Shown here: piece by piece, positions 37,301 through 48,959 of the stretch | Layout: each line of letters begins with the position of its first letter | Numbering within the stretch: position 1 is the first letter of the stretch | Assembly (NCBI RefSeq): GCF_018977255.1 | Contig: NW_024704743.1 | Span: 58,220,001 to 58,284,000 of the forward strand | DNA length: 64,000 bases | Reading direction: 5' to 3' | Origin: Callorhinchus milii | Lineage: Eukaryota | Position numbers and translations under genes: made by a program | Notes under the pieces: model-generated | Seen by the model: only the letters and a program-made list of their open reading frames with translations | Told to the model about the DNA's origin: nothing | Databases searched by the model: none

Positions 37301-38189
37301 CATGTTGTATTTACTTTTTGGGTGCTATTGTTGTTCTCATGTGAAAGGATTTTTCTTCTTTTAGTAACTAGGGGTTCCCAATAAAACAAATCTATCGTCA
37401 AAAGATAACATATTGCTGATAATTTTAGGTCAACTAGAATTCATCAACAGAACATCTCATGTAGTTCGTAAAAGGACAAACAGAATCCTGGCTTCAATTT
37501 TTTTTAAATGCAGCAATAGTTTCAAATACTGATACAAAAATGCACCATAATTCACAACCATTACATTTTTGCATTTAAATACAACTTCTGTAATTAAAGC
37601 CTTTCCATGAGGATATAATTTTGTTTTCAGTAGAAACATAAAGATCAATTATCTGAAAACTTCAGATATTTTTGATTGTCTCGAATAGAACTATATGTGC
37701 CAAAAATCCAACCTCCTTCGTATGGTTATTATTCAGGTCCACAAAGATTGTGGGAGTTTGTAGGCAGCAGGTTTTGAGATCATGCCATTAATGTTGAGTG
37801 ACTGCTATTGCATATGCCTGTAAGTCAGAACTGCAAAAGCTTTATTGCAAAAGGCCAGAGCTCGAGAAAGGTTAAAAAGATATACTGCAGCTGAGTTCAC
37901 ATTGCTTGAAGTCAGTTGCATAAAACGTAGTGCAGCTTGATTTCCTGGTTCCTGTAATCTTAGCTTTCACAGTCCTGGGCTTGTACGATTCCGAGTTGAG
38001 ACTTTAATCTGATAAAGATGAGGCTGCACTTGTGAGATTGGATTGGAGATGATGTTGTGGAGGAAATGCCATGGTTATCTGCTGCTGTTCTTGACTCATG
38101 CCGTGCCAGACCAGCAAATGCTGGGTGTTTCCACCCATGAATCACATTAAAAATCCTTCAGATATTGAACAAACTATCAGTATTACACC

Positions 38190-38292
38190 CACCACAACAG
38201 CAACAACAAAATTACATTTGTATAGCGCCTTTTACATCGGGAGGACATCCTAAGGCCTGGACAATCAATGTTTCGGACCCAAACTGGGGTCT
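38190..38292 (-). mobile_element. Short L2 3' tail
   Basis: CAACAACAAAATTACATTTGTATAGCGCCTTT...GGGAGGACATCC. Confidence 0.85.
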
Positions 38293-38419
38293 TATATCCA
38301 ATAATTTATATAATAAGTTATATATAAGTTATGATATGAGAAATTATATCCACTGTTGTTCTTAAGTGGGTATTTATACCCATTGTCCTGTCCTTAAAAC
38401 TCTCCAAACCTGTGCGCAA

Positions 38420-39130
38420 TTTAGGCATCAGGTTCAATCCCCAGTTATCCTTCTCCCCCACATCCGGTCCCTGACCAACACTGCTTTCGTTCACCTCCGC
38501 CACATTGCCCGTCTCCGACAGTACCTCACCTCAAGAGCTGCCAAAACCCTTGTCCATGCCTTTTGCATTTCTTGGCTGGACTACTCTAACGCCCGCCTCA
38601 CCGGTCTCCCCTACTCCACTATTCACAAAATTCAGCTCATTTAAAACTCCGCCACACACATTCTCACCTGCACCAAATTTCGTACCCCGATTACTCCAGT
38701 CCTTGCCAAACTCCACTGGCTCCCCTCACAGAGTGGATCGACTTCAAGATCCTCACTCTAGTGTTTAAATCCCTCCATTCCTTGGCAGTCCCCTATCTCT
38801 CTAGCCTCCTCTCTCCCCACAGCAGTACCCGCTGTATCCGCTCTACTGGGTCTGGACTCCTCCATGACACCTGAATCCTAAGCTCCAACATCGGCAGCCG
38901 TGCCTTCAGCCACTACACCCCGAAACTTTGGAACTCCCTCCCTCAACCCCTTAACCTCGTCCCCTCCTTCCCCATTTCCAGGTCATACCTGAAGATCTTC
39001 CTCTTCAACCGCGCGTACAGTCACCTTCCAACCTCCCCCTAGTTTGGCCTTGGGCTCCGCCATTGTTAAGCACTCTGAGATGCCGCCCAGCATGGAGGGC
39101 ACTATATAAATGTAAGTTGTTGCTGTTGTT
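38420..39130 (+). mobile_element. L2 LINE 3' portion (second tail type)
   Basis: ORF 38366-38644 LPHIRSLTNTAFVHLRHIARLRQYL..LVHAFCISWLDYSN; tail GCATGGAGGGCACTATATAAATGTAAGTTGTTG. Confidence 0.9.
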
Positions 39131-39564
39131 AGAAGTCGTTTGTCCAAGACATTCTGCAGGCTTGCTGTATCTTAACCTTTGACTGATAAATGAACCATAT
39201 TGTGGTTATAGCATCATAAGCAAAATTAATTCTGGTGGTTGAGGTCCAGTGGCCAGAGATTGCCTGTAGTACTAGAGCTTGTGCTGCTGTTAGCCTTTCC
39301 AAACTGAGCTGAACATGTCAGCATGTGAAAAATGGAAATAAGTGCAGCAGAGTACATTTTTCTGAGGTTTGAGTTTCAACTCCAAGGCCTCTACTGTTTG
39401 ATTGACTGGTATTGATGAATTTTATAGTATATACCTGCCCTACCCACCATGTTTGCATTTGATTTTGATATTATGCCAATAGTATAAGCTACCCTTTAGC
39501 AGCATCACACAATGCTCTTCATTCTGTCTTTGAGATAGAAAGGCACCACTGTAAGTTTGCAGCT

Positions 39565-39830
39565 GGTATTTAAAGGTTGATGGCAACGATTCCATGGCAC
39601 TATTCTAAAACAGAAGGTTAATTTCCCCGGGTGTCCTGATCCCAAACAAAACATCGGTCACTTGAAACATGGCTATTTGTGGGACATTGCTGTGTGCAAA
39701 TTGGCTGCTGTGGTCATCTACAAATACACAGTTACTACATTTCACAGTAAAACCTGTGAAGCATTTGGAGACATAGTGATAACCTCATAAGTTATTTTAT
39801 CAAATGCAAGGATCATAATTATTATTGTTG
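39565..39830 (+). mobile_element. Deu-domain SINE, 3' half
   Basis: CCATGGCACTATTC...TTTGTGGGACATTGCTGTGTGCAAATTGGCTGC...TATCAAATGCAAGG. Confidence 0.8.
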
Positions 39831-42374
39831 TTGCTATTTCTGTTTAAATCACTTGGAAGGGGTAGTTTCTAAGTGGCTTTCAGTGATGAGTCAGCCAGAC
39901 CAATAACACTTACATAGGAATGGATGTCACTTCACATTATTTATTATTATTACAAATAATAATTAATTAGATGAATTGCAGAATTATATACGGTATTTGA
40001 ATCTATTATGAAAAATCAAGTCTGTCTCTTTTACATTAGGGTCATGGAAGTGAAAAATCCCTAACTGTGAAAAACATGTGAAGATAACTTCAAAAATTAT
40101 CGACACCTCCTTCCCCCCACCCATGTACCTTCCATCAAAAGGTACATTGGAGTGAAAAATGTGGTTACGTTATGTTATATAATTAATGGTAGTAATAATT
40201 ATCACTTCACTGGTTGCATTTTTCACCCAATTGTAATGTTATAGGCTATGTTATTAGAGCTAATGTTTCTCGTCGATGAACCAGTTAAGTCACCCGATTT
40301 GACAGCATTGTAACTATGGATGAATGGAAGGACCTTTGGTGATGGCTTAGCAAGTGACTGATTTCACAACACAACTATAAGAGGGGCCGTGGTGGTTCCA
40401 AGTGGACAAAAACTTGGGGAACTGCAAAACTGTAATATGACTATGCAGAGCTATTGCTCTGAGAAACATAATGCATTGAAGTGAGAATGAAGAATTATTT
40501 ATCCTGGCAATATGGAAAACAGAGATCGTCACGAGAATTAACTTTCATGAAAAATCAATTTGGGTCACTAAAACGGAAATTTACTGCTGCAGAAATATCC
40601 ACTTATCCAGCATGCAGCCGGCGTGCTTTGAAGTACGTGTCCCATTTTATCTTTAGCACAAGAGGCAAGCCACCAAACGGGAGAAATACCTTTGCTTGAC
40701 TTTAAAAATAATTAGTTTTGAAGAGTTTAAACTCAATTAACCACAGTGAAAAATTTGCAGCTAAGGTACAAAGTGAAACTGCATTATTAATTTTCAATCG
40801 GCTTTGAACCAATCAGTACTTCATTATACTCCAATCATGCCATCAAATGTATTCAACTCTGGAATTCACGTACTGTTGACTTCTAGTTAAATGCTTTCAT
40901 TGGTTATATTGTATCTTCAGAGCTGGTTCTTATAAATGAAGGTTTCCCTTCAAGAATCTCATTCAACACATTCTCCCTTTTTGTAGTTGGTTAGGAGATT
41001 CCCTCTAGATTTTTCTATCATCACCTACACAGCTCTCCCACTGGCTATAAAATACTGCAACAGCTTGTAGGTAATTGATCAGACAAGTGAACTGTAAAAT
41101 ATTCATTTTCTACTTCAACAGCCAGATAAATCTCTGGGGAAAGCGGATGAAAATATTGCTATGCACGTCGAGGCCAGCATTGCAATAGCAAAGTTGCTGA
41201 TAAGCATGGGTCTGAGGCAGTGTTAATGTTTAATTTTGTTTCCTGGCGTAGACAGACAGGCGTGTAGTCTTCATTTGCCTGCAGCTATAAGTCTCATTAT
41301 ACACAAAACAGGCATCAACACAAGGTGCACTTGTCACAGTGTTGCAATGACGGCATTCCCTGGTTTAATTAATCAGGATTGTCTCAGCATAACTTGCACA
41401 AGCAACCAATTAACACTTAGATGGTGAAACTGGCAATGCTAAATGATAGCTTGGTAAAGTCCCTTTCCCACCTCCTGGCTTCTGTTATGGGGAAATGCTA
41501 TCACCATAAACTAGATTTAAATCCCTGTCAGTGTTAACTAAATTAGCTAAACAAAACAGTACGTAGAATACATGCATATATGGAATCGTCTGTCAAAAAG
41601 TTATAAGTTTTATGCTTATCGGATGCCTTTATTTTTCTCTCTAAACAACCTTTTCTCAGTTTATTTTAAATGTATATTTTTTTAAAGTAGTTACCTGGTA
41701 TTAATCCAGGTGTTCTATCGCAATGGAAAATTACTGGAAAAGAAGCAACCCTGTTCGACCTGAGCTTATAGGATCCAGTTGACGATTGTTCAGTGAAAAG
41801 CAAACCACGAAAACAACAGCTTCAATTACACTTTAAGAAGAGGTTGAACTGAACATGGCATGAGCACATTAAAAGTAACAAACAACCAGTGTAATTGGGA
41901 CGGCTCTACTTCTCTATGTTGTCAGTATTTTTTGGCCAGCGGTCTTAATGCTTAATTCTATTTCTTGCTGCAGATTATGTCTGCCACATGTTCTACAACA
42001 TAAGAACAAGTGTCACAAAAATCCTTCTAGCAAGCCCGTTCAGTTCAATGGTTTCAGTAAGGATCCCATTGCACCCTCCAACAGCCTTTGCTGTTGTTAA
42101 AAAGGGCTGTTCCAGGAGTAGATAGGATGCTGGATTCTCAATACCGTCAATTTGTTTAACTTGCGAACAATACATTTCTAATGAGTTAAGGCTTTTAGGC
42201 TGACATTGTATTTTGGAACATACAGCACTGGTTTTCTAAATTAAATTTCACACTTTTTACAGTTAAGAGGATAATGATGTTTGTGACCAGGCATATTCGT
42301 CACTACTGTCATTTTCAATAATGAGTAGTTTGCAAAGTCTGCATGGCTGTGATACCCTCAACTAACAGGAGGAC

Positions 42375-42485
42375 AACAACAGCAACAAAATTATATTTGT
42401 GTAGCGCCTTTCACATCAGGAGGACATCCCAAGGCGCTGGACAATCAGTTTTTCGGACCCGAGCTGGGGGTCGGGATCGGGGAGT
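42375..42485 (-). mobile_element. Short L2 3' tail
   Basis: Same ~100-bp tail as 38190 and 59315. Confidence 0.85.
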
Positions 42486-42799
42486 GTATTGAACAACAGT
42501 ACACAACTTGGATTGAACTTAATTTGCAATAAGCAGATCAATTACAGACCCTGCCAACCATCCTAGTTAGATCTTGGCTGCCTCCTCTGATTATACAGTG
42601 CTGCTCCCAACTGCAAATTAAACTACTTTGCACTGATACTGCAAATCTAGGCCATTTGTGTTACAAGGATTTGTTACAAAGATGGTATAGCACTGAAACA
42701 GGCAACTTGACCCAACCAGTACATGCTGATATTTATACTCCACCCAATCCTTATTCCCTCTCATACCCTTCTATTCCCCTCTCCCTCATGTGAAGGTCT

Positions 42800-42903
42800 A
42801 TGGAGGAGTAAGGAAAGTTGCCTGAAGTTTCGTCCTAAGGAATCGAACCCGGATCCTCTCGCTTACAAGGCGAGCGAGTTAACCACTACACTATGGGACT
42901 CTT
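42800..42903 (-). mobile_element. SINE tRNA-head fragment
   Basis: GGAGTAAGGAAAGTTGCC...GGAATCGAACCC...CTCGCTTACAAGGCGAG. Confidence 0.8.
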
Positions 42904-44274
42904 CGGTATTAAGGTATCTCACTTAATGGTCACCCACTGACATCAAGTTTCCCTGATGCCTACCCTTTGCTTCCTCCCCTTTAGCCAGTCCTTGTGATGC
43001 AAAATATATTGTTGCTATTTTCTGCCATGTATTTTTGGTGCATCCTGATTTCTTGGGAATATATTTCTGGAAGCAATCACTCGGAGGAAATGTCATATGT
43101 TGACAGGGAAGACGTGACGTAAATTACTGTTTATGGACAAAGCAAAAATTGCCCAAAGCAGTTATTGTCAGAGTCAACAGTGATTAAAAACTTTGTTTCC
43201 CACATCTGCAGTCAGATTTTAATTCCCATTGGATTCCAGGTTCAGTTTACTGCTGTATTTATCTGTAACTTTCCCAAACTTTTCAGCCAGCTGCCTGGTG
43301 GGGAAGCTCATTACTGGAAAAACAATATTGTTACTTAGAATATTTGTTAGTAGAAATTATATTACGAGACCCGAGGGACAGTAGAAGGGTGAGAAAAAAA
43401 GCTTGCCTGTCCTGTAGCTGTTGTCAGCAGATATCCATTCTCCTCTGTTACTGTGGCAAGTGGCTTATTAGTGGAATCTAGTGAATCATTGATAGCAAAA
43501 GCAGTTCAATCATCAGCAATGTTCTGCCACATGCAGATCCAGCAGTGATTGAGTGACTCCCAAGAAATGTCAAGACATTGTGCAATTCATCGTTTCCTAA
43601 CTGTAAATAAGAATATTACTTGTTTTTTGATGGAATACACCAGGCAAATTCCTGTTCTTTTAACACAGTTCCTTGGGATTTCCAGTGCTTACCTATGCGA
43701 CTGAAGCAGACAGGCAGGAGCTCATCAGTGACCACAAGTTGCCAGTTATATTGAGGGAGAGAGAGGGGGAAACTAAAACTGAAAGATAGCCCAATTAGTC
43801 TTCACCCTGCATTGTGCACCATGGTAAGCAAATATATAAGACATTGTGTCTACTGATCGACAGGAGCATTTCAACTCACAAAGAGAAAATATGGGAAGAC
43901 AATAGTCAAGGTGGTGAGGTTAAAAATGAGAAGAATACAGTGTAGATGTGAGTGCTGGGATATGTGTTTTGGGACATAAACAACAACAATTTACATTAAC
44001 ATAAACTGCATCTCATGCAGGAAACCCGATGGACATAAACCCATGAGAATTCAGATCTGAGGTGATCGCAGATCAGAGTAGTTGGTACTGGTCAGTAGAT
44101 AGGAATACCATCATAAGATGCACTCGTGATGTGGCACTCATTCTGTTTACACTACTTTTACTGTGTATACGTGCAGATGTTGTGAACATTGTACTGTAGC
44201 AGGACCGCAGGACAATAGTGAGATAGAAACAAGCACATAAGTCATAGGGGGATGGGAATTAATAAATAATGATG

Positions 44275-44435
44275 TATGAATAATCCTAGCATTTGATATA
44301 GTGATGGTGTATTCTATAGTCAAACGCAACAGTTAATATGCACACAGCAATATCCCACAAGCAGCCATGAAGTGAATGATCAATTTTATCTGGATTGTTG
44401 GATAGTACACCGGGAAAAGCTCCCTTCTCTGTCTC
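44275..44435 (-). mobile_element. Deu-family SINE 3' fragment
   Basis: TAATCCTAGCATTTGATATAG...CAGCCATGAAGTGAATGATCAATTTTATCTGG. Confidence 0.7.
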
Positions 44436-44601
44436 TGTTTGAGTTAAACACTGATGGCTTTATTAACACCAAATTATAATCACGCTCACAAAAGGAATGT
44501 GCAAGCCTCAAAGGAAAGATTTCTGGCAGACGAGGACTGCATCACATTGAACAGTCGGCAAGACAAATGCAGGTGATTAACCCACAGAGCAAAGGACATC
44601 A

Positions 44602-44918
44602 CTATCTGTTTCCCTTATTTGCTGATGAGGTGATTCTGACAGCTAGATTTTACTCACAGCCTTCTTTCAGGATATGGGCCATGTGGAGCTAGGCCTATTA
44701 GAGAGCCACATCCCCAACAGCTGCCTATAGCTTGTGTCCTGAGCAGAGAGAGAGAGAGTGATACTGCAAAACCTGCTGTGTTGGCAGCCATTGTGGGCCT
44801 GAGGGATCTCCTGTAAAAGCAGCTACAGTATGTTTAATGGCTAGTTACATGGTGTCCATACATGTGTTCCTAGTCCTCTGCCAGAATCACCTCATCAGCA
44901 AGTAATGGAAAAAGATAG
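44602..44918. mobile_element. Unclassified MITE-like element with 41-bp inverted repeats
   Basis: 44602-44642 versus reverse complement of 44878-44918: 37/41 identical. Confidence 0.6.
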
Positions 44919-44984
44919 GCCACTGGTCGTTGAGTCAGTGACTAGAAGGCATCAATTTTAGATAGTTAGCAAGGGAGCAGAGGG

Positions 44985-45205
44985 AGAGATATTTTTTGCA
45001 GAGAGTTGTTAGGATGTGGATTGCCCTGCAGTGTGTGTTGGTCATGGTAGGATTTATAGTAGCATTCAAGAGGAAACTAGATAGATATCAAAGATGAATA
45101 ACCTCCAGGGGGAAGGGGAAAAAGGCAGGCAAATGGTTTGAAAGGATCCCTCTATGAAAGAGCCAACACAGAGACAATGGACCTTTCCGTTCGATCGTGC
45201 TGTAT
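44985..45205 (+). mobile_element. CR1 3' end fragment
   Basis: TTTTTTGCAGAGAGTTGTTAGGATGTGGA...GCATTCAAGAGGAAACTAGAT...AAAGAGCCAACACAGAGACAATGG. Confidence 0.7.
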
Positions 45206-45332
45206 GTCACTTTCCTCAGCTCTCCTCACTCGCAGACAGGTCTATGAGGTGCTTTGAGATGTCCTTCTCACCTGGAATCGCAATATAAATATAGACTTGT
45301 TGTTAATTTCATAATTAATCAAACCTGTAATT

Positions 45333-45515
45333 CCCTCTGTAAACGTGTTTACACACACTCATAACTTCAGTATAATAAGGCCTTCTGTATACTTGTTTTT
45401 ACCCACCCTTAGTGTTTCCGTATGGCATTGCCTTTTGCACAAATGTGTTTACACACAGTCAGTACCTCTGTTCGATAATACCTTCTGTACACATGTGTTT
45501 ACACACTGTCAGCAC
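45333..45515. repeat. Degenerate 50-bp tandem repeat (~3.7 units)
   Basis: Units start at 45333, 45381, 45431 and 45481 with core CCTTCTGTACACATGTGTTTACACAC. Confidence 0.75.
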
Positions 45516-46224
45516 TACCCCCAAATTATACCCATTGTTACTGGATCTTATCATTCATTCATACTCTTCTGAAAGTGAATAGAGTTTCTCTTTTATCGAA
45601 CCATCTCTATTCAGGACCTTATTTCTCCTTTTCAGCTCAGGAGGTTGTTTTTAGTTATCTCATTCTCTTTCAAATTTTTCACTTTTGTTCCATGTGGATG
45701 TTCTGTTCCTTACCTTCCCTCTCGTCTCTGTCTATTTCCACGTTGCACCGGAGTTTAACTTTGCACAAGACTGACTGTTCAGCAAAAGTTCTGATCCTCA
45801 ATCTCCTCCACTTCATCATATTACAACTGGTGGTTTGGTGTTTCTTTCCAATTACATTCTTTGTACCAACAAGTGGAAGCTGGAGATAATCACAACCTAC
45901 AATGAGATCATTAGACAGTTGATGTAATAATCCTCCGGCTTCAATCCTAAATCATTCCAATCTCACTGTTGTCCATTATGACAAGTCCTGATTGAAGAAT
46001 AACTGACAAAGGCTGCTCTTACCTTCTTGAAGCTCTGGTCAAATTCAAACCGCAATTCTCTCATAGGACACAAAAGCTATTCAATTTTTTCGATGGCCTC
46101 CCAGGAAGGTTATTGTATCACACTGCCATTTGTCAGGAATCCCTTTTCACTGCATGTGGTCCTGTGAATTATATTGTAAGGATTAGAATCAAGTTGCTTT
46201 GAAATGGTATTATTTACCAGATAA

Positions 46225-46760
46225 AGGGATAAAAGATGCTAAAAGGAATAGAGAGAGTAAACCTGGCACATTGTTTTCAGATACGGAAAGGCAGCAAGAG
46301 AAGAGGATATAAGTTCTGGGTTGTGAATTTTCAGACCAGGCATCAGAAACAGCCTTGCTCAGTTGGTAGTACACTTGCCTCTGAGTCAGAATGTTGTGGG
46401 TCCAGTCCCAACATCAGAACTCATATTCTTTAAGGCTAACCCTCTAATACAGTGGTGAGAGTGTGCTGCATCCTTCAGAAGCTACTATGTTTTCCCTGCA
46501 AGTACATTACACTTTACAGCAACTCCTGTGCAGCACTTTGAGATATCTGGAATACATGGGCTTTGGGTCATCCTCCCAATGTGAAAGGCACTGTATAAGT
46601 GCGTATTGCATTGTCACAGAAGGTAATTAATAGCTGGATACGGTTGGCAGGAAGGGTTGTGAGGTCAAGATACTGAACTTATTCAAGAAACTGCTTGATG
46701 CTACAATGAGAAGAATTATGGGGTGGCTATTCTGGAAAGATGACTTGAAATCCTTGAAGA
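46225..46760 (+). mobile_element. CR1 fragment interrupted by a deleted Deu-family SINE (~46348-46612)
   Basis: KMLKGIERVN...RRGYKF then SINE head GCTCAGTTGGTAGTACACTTGCCTCTGAGTCAGAA; CR1 resumes CACAGAAGGTAATTAATAGCTGGA. Confidence 0.6.
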
Positions 46761-47342
46761 AGGGTCTTTTTCACCCATATCTTGGGATCTTAATAACAAC
46801 TATTTGACCGACTGCAATAAGAATCAGTGTGACCAATACACCAAAGTTCACCATATAACAAAAAAGTAAATTGTGAATTATTGACTAACTATCAGTCCTT
46901 ATGACAGGTGACATTACCCAGGTAGATTGCTTCAATATCTTTCTCTCTTTCTGTCACTCCCTGATCTAAAAATGATCCAGATATTATCCAATCAATTTCT
47001 TCCTTATTCATCTGTACAAAAAATACATCCAGCTGAATTGCTTCCATTTAAATTTTTTTTGACCAAACCCTCTTACACATTTCAACCTGATTCACAATCA
47101 GATTGATCTTTAGCAGCTATTTGTGAGATGAATCCTCTTGTCTAATGCAGTAAAAATAAAAACAGCTCTTGTATCTCTGATTCTAAAGTGGAAAGGGAAC
47201 ATCAAAGCACATTTTGTGCACTTTATTTTATTTTAAGGTGCATCCTAATGGAAGGGTCATTGTTTATTTGTACTGCTAGTTAGTGCAAAAGATCCCTATT
47301 CCCAGATATTCCCAGAACTTTACTATCAGTCACTGGTTTTAA

Positions 47343-47708
47343 TTATGACAATGCTTGCATTTGATATAGTGCCTTATTGCATTGTTCAGACGTCTCAAAG
47401 CACTTCACAGAATACATTGTAAACTAGATTGACTGTATATTTTCTGGGAAGAAATTGTGCACAGCTGTGACCCACAAACAGTCGTGGATTGAGTAACCAG
47501 TAATTGTTTTTCTGTTTTTGGAGGGATTATTACCATTGGAAAGTGATCCACCAATCGATTAAAAACTGGGTTCCTACTTACTGCTGGGTGGAGTGATTAC
47601 TTCCTTAAAGGCATGTGGAGTAAGGAAACTTGCCTAAGATTTTGCCCTGCCCGGAAATCGAACCCCGGTTCCGAGGCAAGTGTGCTAATCATTATTCTAT
47701 GGCACTTC
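47343..47708 (-). mobile_element. tRNA-headed SINE, long-form older subfamily
   Basis: SINE tail and head plus extra segment (rc) CACCCAGCAGTAAGTAGGAACC shared with the 3275 copy. Confidence 0.85.
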
Positions 47709-48959
47709 ACTAAATCCCACGAACCTCATCCATTAAGGGTTGAGGGGGGCACCCAAGGTGTTGACTTGGCTTATTCGGAAGCAAATATCCAAAGTTGGGA
47801 AAAAATGCAATATTGGCGTGAGTGAGCAAAGGAAATAGTTCACTGAATCAAAAAGGCTGGAAATCTACTGATTAAAGATAGATGAGAGACAGGGATAACA
47901 TTAACCATTGTATTTAGCTGAAGAATCAAGAGCCCTCTTCAGGGATGGCAGATTTCGGTTGAATCCAAACACCAATTTCATTTTTGTTCAAATCATTAAA
48001 TTTCAACCACATCTCAGTAAGATCCAATGATTTATTTAGTTTTAGGCATTTGCCTGCAAAAACAGTTAGTACACTTAATGCTAATTACCTGTGAAATACT
48101 TTGACACATGATCTTTATTGTTCTTTCTCTTTCTCTCTCTCTTTCTCTTTTGCTTTTATCCAACACCTCTAGATGCTTTACATTAATTAATGTTAAGAGC
48201 AGTGATTGCATATTTGTAGGCAAGCACAGCAGCCCATTTGTGCACAGCAAAGTCTCATGCACAGCAATGTCCCACGAACAGGCCAGAATATTAAACATTG
48301 TAGGTTTCACCTCAACACCTCTTCCATTTCGTGGCTTCTACCTTATTAGAGTTAAGTTTGTCATTTTCTGTCCTTTCCCATCAGGAGAATCTAAACCATA
48401 CTCATTAACAAAGGTCAAGTGTCTCATTTTGGGATGTTATACTATTGGATTTCCGTGAATTCATCAAAGGTTTCTTTTACATGGCTTTACGTACAATTGC
48501 AGGAATTTGCCCTTCAGTCTGCTGATACATATCATAATCTTGTCAAATTATGTACAATTAAAGATTACCCATTGTATTGTAAGAAGTGAAATGCAAAAAA
48601 AAAGCTTTGACTGGTTCATTTATAAATGTGCCTTATTATTTTGAAATGGTGGGTTGTAAATGCAACACAGTTTAATTGTTTGTTTAGATATGAATAAGTT
48701 ATTTGTACATTTTTCATTTCTGGGTCACTGTATGGCTGTTAGGACTCAAGCTCCAAAATTATATTGGTCTGAGAAAGGCTTTGTAGAGAAATGTCCAACA
48801 CAGCAGAATGGAGAGATATGGATTCAATCAATTCTCCTAAAGTCACATCAGTGCACTGTGTGAGGTGGGATTGGGAAGAGGTCAGCCGTCCATACCTCCA
48901 TACCAGAGGGAGGAGAAATTCTGGATTATTCAGGGAGCAGAGGGATTGTTCGCAAACTC

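Noticed and set aside
37380..37626. Inverted-repeat element sharing CCTTTCCATGAGG with the Helitron-like copy at 57076
   Set aside because: Arm similarity is too weak in AT-rich sequence to support.
44621..44660. Hammerhead ribozyme at CTGATGAG in the 41-bp inverted repeat
   Set aside because: No stem II followed by GAAA in either arm.
45333..45515. CRISPR-like repeat-spacer array
   Set aside because: The apparent spacers align with each other, repeats are degenerate, there are no cas genes and the context is eukaryotic.
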